A DNA stretch of 64,000 nt from Bugula neritina (Eukaryota > Animalia > Bryozoa): contig OZ037766.1 of NCBI GenBank assembly GCA_964035545.1, positions 10,964,722 through 11,028,721 of the forward strand, given 5' to 3'. Positions 26,327 through 39,560 of this stretch are shown piece by piece. Position 1 is the stretch's first letter, and every line of letters begins with the position of its first letter. The notes beneath the pieces are model-generated. The model did no database searches, was not told the DNA's origin, and saw only the letters and a program-made list of their open reading frames with translations. The position numbers were made by a program, and so were the translations under genes.

Positions 26327-29300
26327 ATGAATGGAAGCATTTCTAGGCCACCAAGGCCTTCTTCAGAACAGGTATAATAAAATTGCATCGTGTATGAGTA
26401 TCTTAATGATCTAATACTAATAGTAATATTCATAACTTATCATTATGATAACGATGATGTATTTGCATATATGCGACATGCAGTTATAATTGATTAAAGA
26501 TTCTAGTAATTAAAATTTATGTTGATATTATTGCCGGGCAATTAAAACTGCAATGTAGATTGTGATTTGTTAATGTTATTGCTTGCACTTGCAGTGCTGT
26601 ACCAATACCATTCTAAAAGTAATTTATGATGATAAGTATGCACGATTGCGATGTAGGCCTATTACTTAAAATAGTAATTTACTAATTAGTTTATTTTAAT
26701 TTTTTGCTAGAGTGTTTAAAAATAATTTTATATTTAACTTTTTTACAAAAACCCAAGTTTATTTCCATATTTTTACTTTATTCGATTAAAAGTTTGAGTT
26801 TCAAATATGTATTAATTTTCATGTAAAACTAAATGGTTCACATCAATTATTAATTTTTTTTATTTCAAAAAAACACATTGTAAGCACATTTGATTATGGG
26901 CAGTTTTTATTGCTTAGCAAAAAATAGTTTATTAGTCAAATAGCTGGTACACAAGATGCAACAAAAATATTTTCTGGTTTAAAAAAATTTTGTTGTTTAT
27001 TAAGATTTTTACTAAATTGTGTAAAATAATTTTGCCTCCTCTGGGAATTGAACTCGAGACCTCCGGCTTGCAAGCAAGTGTGCTAACCATTACACCACGG
27101 GGACCACTGGAGAAACTCATCACTACATATTGAACAGTATAAATGTGAAATAATCTATTAAATATTATTCAAGTATGTGTATTGTAACTCATAAAAATAT
27201 TTTGGGCTTCTTGTTTGTAAAACAATATCAAGTAAATCTGGATTACTTAGTTATTTTGATGTGAAGAATAGTTTTTTTATTTTCATTGATGTAACAAAAT
27301 ATATTAAACCAGAAGTTTTCACGTTGCAACACATACGGTACTGATTACTACTATTATTACTAAAAAAGCAAATTTGATTGTAAATAAAAGTAAATGAAGT
27401 TGAAAGAGAATTTCATAGCCTAAAACATTGATCTAATATACATTGATTGATTGATTTATTACATTTCACAGACATCAAAACATGTTGTAAAATTCAGTGT
27501 TAATCTGGCCTTAAGAAGTAGATATTAACCAAAATAAGAAAACGTCAGAACTCTGTAGGATTATTTAAAATAAAATATCATTTTAAGTATGTACAAGGTT
27601 GACTAAAATTTACTGTCCAGAAGTGAGTAAAGCTCTTATAACAGGTAGAGATGGATGTCTATCATCAGCTGTTGACATGTACTAGCTCAAAATCTTCATC
27701 ATTATATTTATGAATAAATAAATTCATGCTATATAATTTACGGAAGGCAGACTATGTTTATTAAGTTATTAAGTAAGAGTAATGTGATAAAATGCATATT
27801 TTGTTGTTCTTGTGGTTAGTTTGACTACTAAACTGCTGTTTGTATCTTGAACTGTATGCTAACTACACTGTGAACACGAAGCTTATCATTTGTTGCTAGG
27901 TCCGAGATTTGCATGTGTATGTCATCCCACCGGAGCTATGGCGACAGCGATTAAGGAGCGCTGCTAATGAAGTAATCACTGACAGTATATCACTTGGCTT
28001 TCTAAGGTAAATGTTGGGTTTGCTGTTTATTTGCTCAACGCTTGAAAGCAAATAACTATAGCTAATTTTATTTGCACATTAAGAAAACTATAATTGATTA
28101 GCCTACATTGTATCATGCAACTGTAATCACTCTTATAAAGTTTAATTACTTTATGTTTTTCATTGAAAATCTGAAGAGCTGTCTTAATCAATATGACAAT
28201 GAGTGCAAGCAAATCTAAAAGTGTTTATTATGTTAGTACAATGACTTTAAAATACATTTAATGTACACTTTGCAATTTAGTTGTATATAAGTCTTTGTCA
28301 CAAAAACAGTTTTACACACCTTAGGCTTGAGCATACAATTGCAGTTTTCAGACTATGACATTTGAAGTTGTCCATTGAGCAGTGAAAACTAGTAACAAAG
28401 CTTATCCACTTGAATAGTAATATATTATTATAAGCTCAGAACAAGCTTAACTTTTCTGAGCTTATAATAATCATAAAGTTTAAAAATAGAAATAATTTTT
28501 AAACTTTATGATGTTATTTCGTTGAAAACAAGAAGTTGAGAGTTATAAACACCAAGTAAATAGCCTTGTTTTCAGTTTAAGCTGCTTGACTAAATTTCAA
28601 CCTATTTCAAAGTTATATTAATCTATTATTAAATGCCTATAAATGTACTTTAAGATGCAAGTCACCACCAACATCTCTCATTTCTGATCAGTTGCATGCA
28701 ATGAGCGGCTTCTAAAAAAGTTTACCCACAGTTGTACTATACTTGTTCAAGTATTTTACATAATTATAGTATGTATTATGTGTTTTTAGAGTATCGCCTC
28801 ATGTGTATCTGCATGAGTTACGCCAAGAGATTGTACAACAGCTAGAAGATGATTACTTGCCTAAAGATTATGCCTTTTTAAAAAGTGTTGGTAGATGTCT
28901 CACCCAGGTACAATAGAAAATTAAATCTTATGTGTTTAGTTATTATGTAATCAAAGCATTCAGTTGCTAAATGGTGCTAATATTTTGTAAATTACATTTT
29001 CAATCTCAAAAACTAGCAAAATTATCCAATAATGCAACAGAAATAAAACATCATCCTTAATAGATTCATATCTTTTTACTATTCTTCTATTGGAACTAAT
29101 ACAACGTTCAGATGAAAATACAAGAAAAAAAATTACTCAGTAATCACTCATGCTCTGTTCTTTATTTTTGGGGCTTACTTTGAGCCTTATTTACTATATG
29201 TTAGTCTAATAAAACACAGATATTTTATTAGTCAAGATTCATCCTAGTACTTGGAGTATATCTAAAAGACTGTTTTAAACAGAACATATTGAAGGTGTGA

Positions 29301-32300
29301 ATATGCAGATATAGCATTACGGACTCAGACTACAAGCTTCTACAGATAAACAAACCTCCTAATTCTTTTCCTCAACTAGTTTCAAAATAATATTATATTG
29401 TTGTCTTTTTAGGTCAAAACAAGACAAGAGCGAGAACTCAAAGCTAAACATTTTCTTCCTCCTTATGTAAGTGTATTTTATTTGAGATTAGGAGCAACTT
29501 TGATTGTTGTTGATTTCAAGTTTCTAAAACTGGCAGCTTGAACTTGGAAGCATAAGATATAAAGCAAACCCATTCTTTCAAAGTTGCACAGGGGAGCCTT
29601 TTTAACATTTAACATTTAAGCTTCAGGTCCCATGTTAAAATTTTCATTTATAGTAATAACAGTTCAATTATACACTACATATGTTTACTGCAAAGCTTTT
29701 AGACAAAAGTTCATTTAAGATTTTGAAATCTTCAGTTTGAATTTACCGATTTTTGTGTAAGACTTACTCTACTGACTCATGCAGGCAAATGAAACTGTTG
29801 TAGGCATATGCTCCAGAGCTTTATATTCTGGATTCACATGCTGAGAATATGAGGGATTCCCCGAGTACTATATCTCATCCATCTGCTGCTGGCACTATGC
29901 CAAGAACTGGCTCAAGGTTCGGTGGAAAGAATCATCCGGATGATAGAGGTGCTCATAGCGATCATTCATCATACAAATATCCCAGCTCGACTCATGAGAC
30001 TACACATGGGTATTCATCATTGCGTAAGTGCATTATTAAAATAATATAATGACATTGGGTTATAATACTCAAGCCAGTAGTTAGACTGTTGGCTGTGAAT
30101 ATTTTGTTTATTGTTTATTTATATGTAAATAAGTTTCTATAATATTTAAATAACATCTCTTTTAACTTTAAACCCTCAAAAAATGTGAGAGAGAAGTGAA
30201 AAAGGGTCCTAACATGGATGTGATACATTTTACTTACTAATACAATGTCTTTATAACCACTAACTTTTATAATATTGTCTCATATGATGTTTTACTTTAG
30301 CTACGTTGCTTGTCATATTACTAATTATTTGTTGAGCATAACATTATTGACTATTGCAACTGGTTGGTACTAAAATTAAATTACATATCTACCACATATT
30401 TGAACCTTGGAAGTAACAAGAAACTTGAATATATAGCATAGTTTTTAAAGTGTTAATTACTAATAGGCAGTAGCAAATTTATCTGCAGCTTGCTTAAAAA
30501 CTAGATAGGTTATACCAAAAGCATCGTGACGCGTTGAATATGCAATTTGCGTATTTGATACCAGTTGTGTGTATATAATTATTGTGCCTTTAGCTTTTGT
30601 TTATGGTAATTGTAAATAAATTGCATTAGATATTTAGTGGCTGTTTATGAATAGACCATGTAAGATTGGTACATTTAGTACCTTGAACCAATTCTAGATA
30701 CTCACCACTATAACTTATATAAACTTCTGCAAGTTCAAATGCAAAATGCATACTTCTAGGAAATAGCTGTGCAACTTTTATTACATGCATTGTTTTATTT
30801 CATATCTTAAATTTATGAATCATGAGTTCATTTTTCAAAATGTTTAAATTAAGTGCTTAAAAAATGCATTTAAAGAATGTATTCCTGAAAAATTACCCTG
30901 GAGCAGTTTGACCACAACCCCAGCTGTTTTGGCAAAACACATTTAATGACATTTTCATCGACATAGTGGTAAATGGGCTGGTTGTTTTTGGCAGATGAGT
31001 AGCACGCTGGCTGGCTGCAACTTTATACAATTCTGATTGGCTGGACTCTACATGACCAGCTAATGATTGTATCTGATTGGCCTAATAATTCATTTGCATT
31101 TGAAAATGTAGAGTTTTATATAAGTTATAGTGGTGATATTTTAGAGTTGGTACACACCCCTTTTTTGGTTGAGTTTTATAATCTGATCACGCTGTAGTCA
31201 TCTACAACACTTCAGTGTATGGGGAAATTATTAGTATTGCGAAATCTGTTTTGGCTTATATTGCTATGCCAGTTTTCTGACTTGGTTTGTAATAAACCAT
31301 AGGCAGCTATATAACTTAGGTAATTTCATCGAAGGTAGACACTGTTTAGGTGCAGCAAATCAAACACTGTTGTTACTATTGCAAAACAGTAGCAATAGCA
31401 TAGCACAGTCAGCGAACTGTAATGGCAGTGCTGCACCATATTTATCATCACTAGCATATATTTACAGCACACTGACAAACACATGTATAAGCATGTGCTA
31501 AGCATAAATTATAGTTGCTTATGTGCCCACCATTATTTTACTTAAAAAAATTACAACAGTAATTTTTTTGACTTGGTTGCATATTTATTTGCAGGAGTTA
31601 AAATGCACAGCTTTTAGCAACAGAAAACATGGATGGTTTATATAAAAATGAGCTTTAACCTGTAGTGCTTGGCATGCTAGTCTATACTGTTACTTGGTAT
31701 CATCACCAATTTGTACATGATTTCCTTAGTGAAACAGCATGTTTATCCCACAAATGCAATGCCATCAGCCATAGGACTATATAGTCCAGTTTTTTCAACT
31801 ATGAAGTAATTTTGTTAGCAGCTTGCTTCATTTTTAAGTGATATTTAACTTGAGCTTCTCAGTCTCAAGTCATTGTTCGAGGAAATATCTTCACCTAGCT
31901 CTGAAGCTATACTAATGAGTTTTCAATACATGTTTTTCCTCACTCAAAGTAATCATCAACCACCATTGAGGCAGGAAGATGACAAAAACATTCTGAGGGC
32001 TAGTATCCAATACCATATGCCAGCCATTAAAACTTCACTATAGTGCTTCCGGAGCACACCTATTTCTACTACATGGCGATCCTCCTACAGTATTTACTTA
32101 TTTCCTGGCCATGCCACCTGGAAAAAAAGGCCATTTTCAACTGACTAGAATGCAGTAACTCTAAACTAAATTAATTGCTATTCTTAGAATCCAGGTTAAA
32201 AGAGCAATCAACCCATAAAGGACTTGATATCCTAAATAGTCCTGGAGGTGTAAGCTTACTGTTTGCACCTCTTTTAGAAAAGATTATAATAGTCTGCTGT

Positions 32301-35300
32301 GCTTTCTGCAGCCACCCTTGGTAACCAATAAAGTGTAGCACTTTATAATATTTTTTTTGGTGTGCTATTGTATATGCATGTGCTATACCACTATGCTTTG
32401 TAAGCTAAAGTCTGATATTATTGGTTTTTGGGTGAAAGAAAATGGCAGCTCAGACTCGATGCTTATTTTGCAAAATACAAACTCATATATGGATAATATT
32501 CTGTTGGTAACAATGTTGTATGCAGTCAGTGTTGAAATATAATGCCTTCATTACAGTTTTAGTGGGATCAGCGTTTTCTCTGTAACTATCATGTTGCATC
32601 ACACAACATGAAAAAATGTTCATCAAATCCAATGTTTAATCATCATTTATTCTAGCATATACCAGAGAACCTTTGTATTTTACCCAACTGACTAAAACAT
32701 GTATTGAAAACTCATTAGTAAAACTGTTGATGTTATTGCAGTAGCTTCACAGCTAAGTGTAGGCACTTCATCCAGCAATGGTTTGAGGCTGATTACTTCA
32801 CAGTTAAAAGAATCTAGAGTCTAGATTCTAGACTATATTGTCCCACGGCTGATGTCATTACATTTGTAAGATAATCATGCTGTTTCGCTAAGTAAATCGT
32901 ATACAAGAAAGGGTTATCAACATGGTATTATAGGTGATGATACCAACTGGCAATATAGACCCACATGCAAGGCATTACATGTTAATACTAATTTTTATAC
33001 AAAATGTCTACATTATCTGTGCAATTAAACTCTTGCAGATTAATATGTGATTGATTAAAAAAGCTACTGCTATATAAATTTAAAATAAAACAGTAGTGAG
33101 TACACAAGCAAATAATTTATGGCTAGCGTAGGTTCATGCATTTGTAATATGCATGTGAAGCAATTTTTTAAATTATCACATTAAAGTAAACTGAAGCGCA
33201 AAATAATCAGACTATGAGAATGTATTCAGTAATATGCATTGATTTAAAACTAAATCATGAAATGATTATCATTTTTGCAACCTCTGTACTTGGTAGACAA
33301 GATAGAGAGGGGTGATGTGACTGCTGTAATTGTGTTACTGCTCTACATACTAACAGACTAGGCTAGTGTATTCAAGTGCCTTACATAAGATATTTTAATA
33401 AAACTGGTGAGTTTAGTGTGGCCACTGCCATTGCAGCTAGGTGACTGTGCTAGTGTGCTATGCTCTCACTACTGCTTTGCAATAAAACCAAGTAACAGCA
33501 CTGGTTGATTTGATGTTCTAAGGTCTAAGTAATGTCTACCTTTGATGAAATCACCTAAGTTAGAACAGCCTGCATATAGTTGATGAAAAACTAAGTTAGA
33601 AAACTGGCATAGCAATAATTATAAGCCAAAACAGATTTCGCAATACTAATAATTTCCCCATACACTGAAGTGTTGTAGATGACTACAGCGTGATCAGATT
33701 ATAAAACTCAACCAAAAAAGGGGTGTGTACCAACTCTAAAATATCACCACTATAACTTATATAAAACTCTACATTTTCAAATGCAAATGAATTATTAGGC
33801 CAATCAGATACAATCATTAGCTGGTCATGTAGAGTCCAGCCAATCAGAATTGTATAAAGTTGCAGCCAGCCAGCGTGCTACTCATCTGCCAAAAACAACC
33901 AGCCCATTTACCACTATGTCGATGAAAATGTCATTAAATGTGTTTTGCCAAAACAGCTGGGGTTGTGGTCAAACTGCTCCAGGGTAATTTTTCAGGAATA
34001 CATTCTTTAAATGCATTTTTTAAGCACTTAATTTAAACATTTTGAAAAATGAACTCATGATTCATAAATTTAAGATATGAAATAAAACAATGCATGTAAT
34101 AAAAGTTGCACAGCTATTTCCTAGAAGTATGCATTTTGCATTTGAACTTGCAGAAGTTTATATAAGTTATAGTGGTGAGTATCTAGAATTGGTTCAAGGT
34201 ACTAAATGTACCAATCTTACATGGTCTATTGGTTGAACTTATCGCTCTCAAATGTGCAAATTATATTGATTATTGCATTTTCTTTGCAGCTGAGGACAAT
34301 TTCTATGGTTCGCAAATATTTGATTCAGCTAATGATCAACCATTAATGAAGTCTGGCTACCCATCTTATGGTCAGCCATATTCACACGACATATCTGCCC
34401 TTACTAATGCTCATCGCAATCAAATAGACAGGCCTTTAGTAGATTATGCAAATCAAGATCAACAGAGAAGAGGTAATGAAACATACAGGAAACAAAATGA
34501 CGACTCTAGTGGCTACAGATCCATGCCTAGTCCAAGAAAATATCCAGAATCGCCCGTACAGGTTAAAATGGGAGATAACTCTATGTCAAGGAAACTTAAT
34601 CAAGGAACATTTGATCAAAATGATGTTTACCATCAAAAGACTGGAAGATACTCACCATTGCAGCCCGAATCATATTCTCCTACTAAAGACAACAGAACTA
34701 ATGCAGCTAGTAAATCTCCTGACAAACCGTATGAGGAGACTCAAACGTTCGTGAAGGACAGACAGACAGACAGATATGGTGATTTAGATTTAGAGTCTTC
34801 TGATTTGAGACAACAAGGCTATGATGCTGCTGCAAGAGTAAACCAAGCAGAAGGTGAAGGAGAAGCTAACTCTTTGACATTTGAGAAGTACGGGGTTGAT
34901 AAGTCAAGCAATGAGCGAGATATGCTCTCGGCTACTCCAAATGCTTCTTTAGCTGCTAGAAATCCCAAAGAAGAAAACGTTGATGAGCAAAACCAATATG
35001 TTCTTAAAAAGAGGTAAAAATTTAAATCAAAGATTATTATTTTTGTTTAATTTTGAGATACGGTAAAGATATGTAGAATTTCTCGTAATTGTTTGGGTTA
35101 ATAAGTTTTAGTTTAATGTTTAAATATAAAAATGTTCTCTTTATTTTAATATCACTTGATCAAATTTCCTAATTCTCAACCCAGTACCAAGGAAATAAGT
35201 GCAGTATTGGAGAAATTAAGACAAGCCTGTGTTCTAGGTTAGAAATGTAGGAAAAGAAATTATGTTTTCATGTGAATTCTAACCTACATCCCAAGCCAAA

Positions 35301-38300
35301 ATTTTTGAGAAAATTGAAGAACTTAGGCTATAAAACTTTTCTCTTCACTGCACCTAATTGGCACCAAAAAGCTGCCAGTTTTTACCACCTTAATGTTTAA
35401 GCATTAATGTGTTTGTGATTATAGCATAGTAAAAATTTATTTTCAACTCAACACAGATTTTAACTTTATAATATTCGCTTAACTGTTATAAAAGATTACA
35501 TATGCACCCATATTGAGAATAATATAAATGTATCTATGAAATAGCTTTAATCTATATACCTTGTTTAACTTTAATGCCTTCTTTAAATATTTACAAGTTA
35601 TATTTAGATGATACTAGCCACTATTGCTAGTGCCATAACATTGCATAGAGCAGGGTAATATTTGCGTTGCTATGAGCCAATTCTATATGCAATTATACTT
35701 GAGTATTGAAAATTAAACATCTCCATCTCACTATATCATTCTGTCACATCTTCCAGTATTTGCATATGAAAAGTTAGGTGTCTTGACAGCTTGATACTCT
35801 GTATTGACATTTTAATTATATTACTTACCTTATATTATCTTCTGCTTAGTAACCACTTCCTGTAAACAAAATACTGTTGAAAAATTAACAACATTCTTAC
35901 AGTCATTAATTTTATTTGCTTCTTTTTTCCAATGTAAAAATATCAATAAAATAAAAATGTATCTAATTTGAACATTATTGTTAAATTGCTTTTAAAATCA
36001 TTTAATTTTATGCTGCAGCAAAAGTTCTGATGGGAACCATGGAGATGAGGAGCTTCAAAGTATTTCTAATGAAGGAAGAATAAGTGAAGAAAGTAAGATG
36101 TTATATTAATGCTCTTCCAGACTGCTTCATATTGTTAACTGTTAATACATTTTTATTCATTGTAGATTATAGCTGTAGATTGCAACTGCAACATGTTTTG
36201 CTAAAATAGATTTTAAAGCCATGGAGTGTGTGAACTGGAAATTAAAGTTTCTTCCCATTAATAGCTATGATGTTTTATTTATTGACAAAATAATGAGTGG
36301 ATCTTTTTACTCGTTGGCACTTTGCAAATAAATTCTTTTTAAAATAACATTGCTCGCTAAGATATTAAATAAAAAATAATACTTTTTGCTTAAGTAATGT
36401 TATTGCGAAAAATGTCTTATATCATTTTTTTCCATTATTAGCTCCACACATCCAATCGCCCTATTAATTTAATTAAGACTTGAGACTTGTTAATTGTCAA
36501 TTTTTGTATGTGCCTCGGTAAACCATCGTTTTTCCAAACTTGTGTACTTCATTTGGTTACGCAGCTTAGGAATCATATAGTTACATATAAACAAACACAT
36601 TTTCTTACAATACTTTCCACAAGAACAAGTTAGCGAGTGTTGCACAAAAATATTTGACTGTTTCTATTGAATATACAAACTTTTGCTAGCAAGAAAATTT
36701 ACATGTTAAAAATATTTTGCTCTAAATTTGACTCTCATCATTGTTTTTTTGGTGGATGCATGTCAATAGTCACACTTTTCACAAAAATATATACTAATGT
36801 AGATAAGTTTTTGCAATCATTACCCAATTTCACCTAGTCCAAGCTACATTTCGAATGAAGAGTAATTATGGCCTACGCAGCAGATGCTTTGGTTTTGAGA
36901 GATCAATTTGTTTCTTTAGAGGAACGATTGCTGAGAGAGCTGAGAATTGCCAAAGATGAAAGGTTGGCCTCTGAAAAGAAAAGAGAAGATTTAGTGAAAA
37001 AAGCTAGAGCAATGCAAGCAAAAACAAACAACAGGCGTAATCAAGGTAGCGGTTTTTATTGCTTTTGTAGGTAATGTTCTGTGATTCACAACAATTTAGT
37101 TTACTGTGCCAAATTCTCATTTATATACAAATTATAAAAAGTAAAATATTTTGTCAAAAAAGCCAAAGTAATTTGATTATCAGGAAACATTATTGTATCC
37201 AATAGTTATCAGCTTTTCTGCAACTAGGCCACAAATAGGAACAGGCTGAATTTAAGTTTTCATGTCTAATTTTTTTTGCAAAAATTAAAAATTATTTTGC
37301 ACTCATAAATATGATTGAAGGGTTTAATACACTATACGTATTTATCTAACTCTTTCTTAACACATTATATTGATGAGTCTTGAATACAAACTTAAGTATT
37401 TCACAAATTGGCGTAAGAATTTTGTTGCATCACATTTTGTATACATGTATATGGAAGCCAAAACTTTATATGTGATACTAACTGCTCTTTTTTGCCAGAA
37501 TTTCAGATTTACAATAGATATACTATTTGAAAATCATTTTCTATGTATATTCATATCCTGATAGTACTGTATTACATGTTCAAATATATTTTTAACTGCA
37601 ACGCTTATTTTTCTTTCACTAAACTAAACAGAAGTCTTTTGCAACATATTATTGCTAAATTGCTTTAAAGTATCTATATGATTTCATATTGTGTTACAGT
37701 AGCAATGGTAAGATTCTATATTTAGCATATTTATAAATAGTTTTTATCTGTTATCATTCCTCTTAATTATATTTGAATACATCTACACTGAATAATAGAC
37801 GTGTGAGGGGTGAATCTAACAGTATTAATAAAACAGTATTCATAGAAGAGATTCAATGAGAAACATAGCCTTTGTTTGACCTCAATGAAATTTACAGCTT
37901 CATTCATTAAATTATGATGACACTTATACTGAGAACTGGTTCACCCTTAATTTAAATATACATTGATCTGTGCTATAAATTTCTAGAACGGATGGAACCT
38001 ATGATTTCAATGTTCTCTATACCAGTTGAAAAAACATATTGCTATTTACAAAATATTCTTTAATTTACTGCTTTGTTAGATGATCATTTTATGCTGCACA
38101 TACTTCTGTACTGTTTTACTATTTTTCCTATGTTTTTCTTAATTTGGCATTTTAGCAAAATGTGCAATCTTTTTCTGTATTTGCTGAACTTGAACTTTCG
38201 AAAGCTCATATGACATATCTTTATTTAAAGCACACGTAGTCCACATCTGTGCATAGTGTACATCTTTAATTCACACCAGTATTATATACTATTTCATATA

Positions 38301-39560
38301 GCTCGTGAAGTTTGGAAAAAGAAATATTATGAAGCGAAAAAAAGTACTCCGGGTTTGGAGATTGACTGCCAGAAAGTCCGAGCTGAGTTGGATGGTATTC
38401 ACAAGAAGTATTTAGCTGCCCTTGAAAACCAAAGAAAAGATGAGAAACAAAAGGTTTATTTTTAAAAAATTAAAAATATAAATCTTATACTGTCACATAA
38501 ATTCATTTTCACTTTTTCAAGTTGTATCCAGTAGAACATTTATAACTGTGGTATATTCATTTTGAAAACTTATAACACCAGTTATATAAGGCCTAAATGG
38601 AGCAGCTATGGTCTAGTGGTTAGAGAAGACAATTTTTCAAGGCCACTGGTGATGACAGGAACGGCATTAGGTCATAATATTTTATAGCTATGTATACATA
38701 TATATATTTTTACAGCAATGCCACTTTATGAGGTTGTTTGCTTGAGCTATATCCTAATATTTTTCCATGTATGGTGTACAATTATAAATTATGAATGTGT
38801 TTTATGTAAATGTGTATGTGTACTGTATAGTATACAAATTTGTTAATAGATGCAATGAATAATAATATATTGTGTTCTTGTTTATCCAGGATAATCATCA
38901 ACTGGAGGCGGCGAGGCTACAGTATGATGTAGATGAGCTGCAGAGGAAAGCTGATGCGGCCAAGATGAAGCTAACAGCTGAAATGAAAGTAATTTATACA
39001 ATTTAATGTAATTGGCAATTGGAATGTGTTCCAACTGATATAAATAAAATAAACATGTATATTCTGGTCTAAGCAATGTATCTCACCAGGCTGTCTAAGC
39101 ATTATAGTTATAAAGAAGCAAACTAATAAACTTTTTTGTTTACAAGAATAAATAAATAAATTGATTTATAATATTAGTATATTATTTTTTATTGATTACA
39201 TGTAGCTACAGCTTGTGAAGTAGATGGTGTGTGCACAAATATTAATTTTTACAAGTTGTTGTGTTATCTTGAATGTATGGCTGTTAAACAGTTACACCTG
39301 CAATTATATTCAATTATGACAGAAAATACAGAAATAGGGTAGTATTTACTCTACTATTCTCACCTATCTATGCTTTGTTCTGTTCGGGTAGTGGAGTATT
39401 TATTCTGCTATGCTTGACTTATTTATAGTTGAGAAACCAAGCAGAGACTGAGCTAAGAGCTTTAAGAGCAGAACTGACGCAGAAAAAGATGAATATGAAC
39501 CTTAGCAGAGCCCAGAAGATGAATGAGATAAACAACTCTGCTCTGGCTTCCAATATCTGA
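26327..39560 (+). CDS. SPATA1: Spermatogenesis-associated protein 1
   Basis: Exons 26327-26371, 27900-28006, 28790-28907, 29413-29466, 29804-30023, 34290-35013, 36019-36092, 36881-37045, 38302-38453, 38890-38988, 39429-39560, all phase-consistent. N-terminal RPSSEQVRDLHVYVIP..SLGFLRVSP..YAFLKSVG..QERELK..PPYAYAPELYIL and C-terminal coiled coil AREVWKKKYYEAKK..KMKLTAEMKLRNQAETELRALRAELTQKK match SPATA1. Confidence 0.92.
27033..27104 (-). pseudogene. tRNA-like sequence (pseudo-tRNA or repeat-embedded tRNA head)
   Basis: Minus strand GTCCCCGTGGTGTAATGGTTAGCACACTTGCTTGCAAGCCGGAGGTCTCGAGTTCAATTCCCAGAGGAGGCA has A-box and B-box, but acceptor and anticodon stems carry several mismatches. Confidence 0.65.
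30650..31435 (+). repeat. Left arm of long intronic inverted repeat
   Basis: 30650-31260 is the reverse complement of 33620-34230 (coordinate sum constant at 64880, so no net indel; no mismatch seen in the stretches compared); diverged similarity continues to ~31435. Confidence 0.95.
30701..31136. mobile_element. MITE (Tc1/mariner-like, TA-flanked), copy in left arm
   Basis: TIR TCACCACTATAACTTATATAAA / TTTATATAAGTTATAGTGGTGA, with sub-terminal TTCAAATGCAAA / TTTGCATTTGAA; TA on both sides. Confidence 0.75.
33420..34230 (-). repeat. Right arm of long intronic inverted repeat
   Basis: Reverse complement of 30650-31435; ends 59 nt upstream of SPATA1 exon 6 (34290). Confidence 0.95.
33744..34179. 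mobile_element. MITE, copy in right arm
   Basis: Reverse complement of 30701-31136. Confidence 0.75.
38599..38676 (+). mobile_element. tRNA-derived SINE remnant (internally deleted)
   Basis: GGAGCAGCTATGGTCTAGTGGTTAGAG A-box head plus AAGGCCACTGGTGATGACAGGAACGGCAT; both blocks are shared with 53949-54060. Confidence 0.5.

Noticed and set aside
27033-27104. Functional tRNA gene
   Set aside because: Acceptor and anticodon stems are mispaired.
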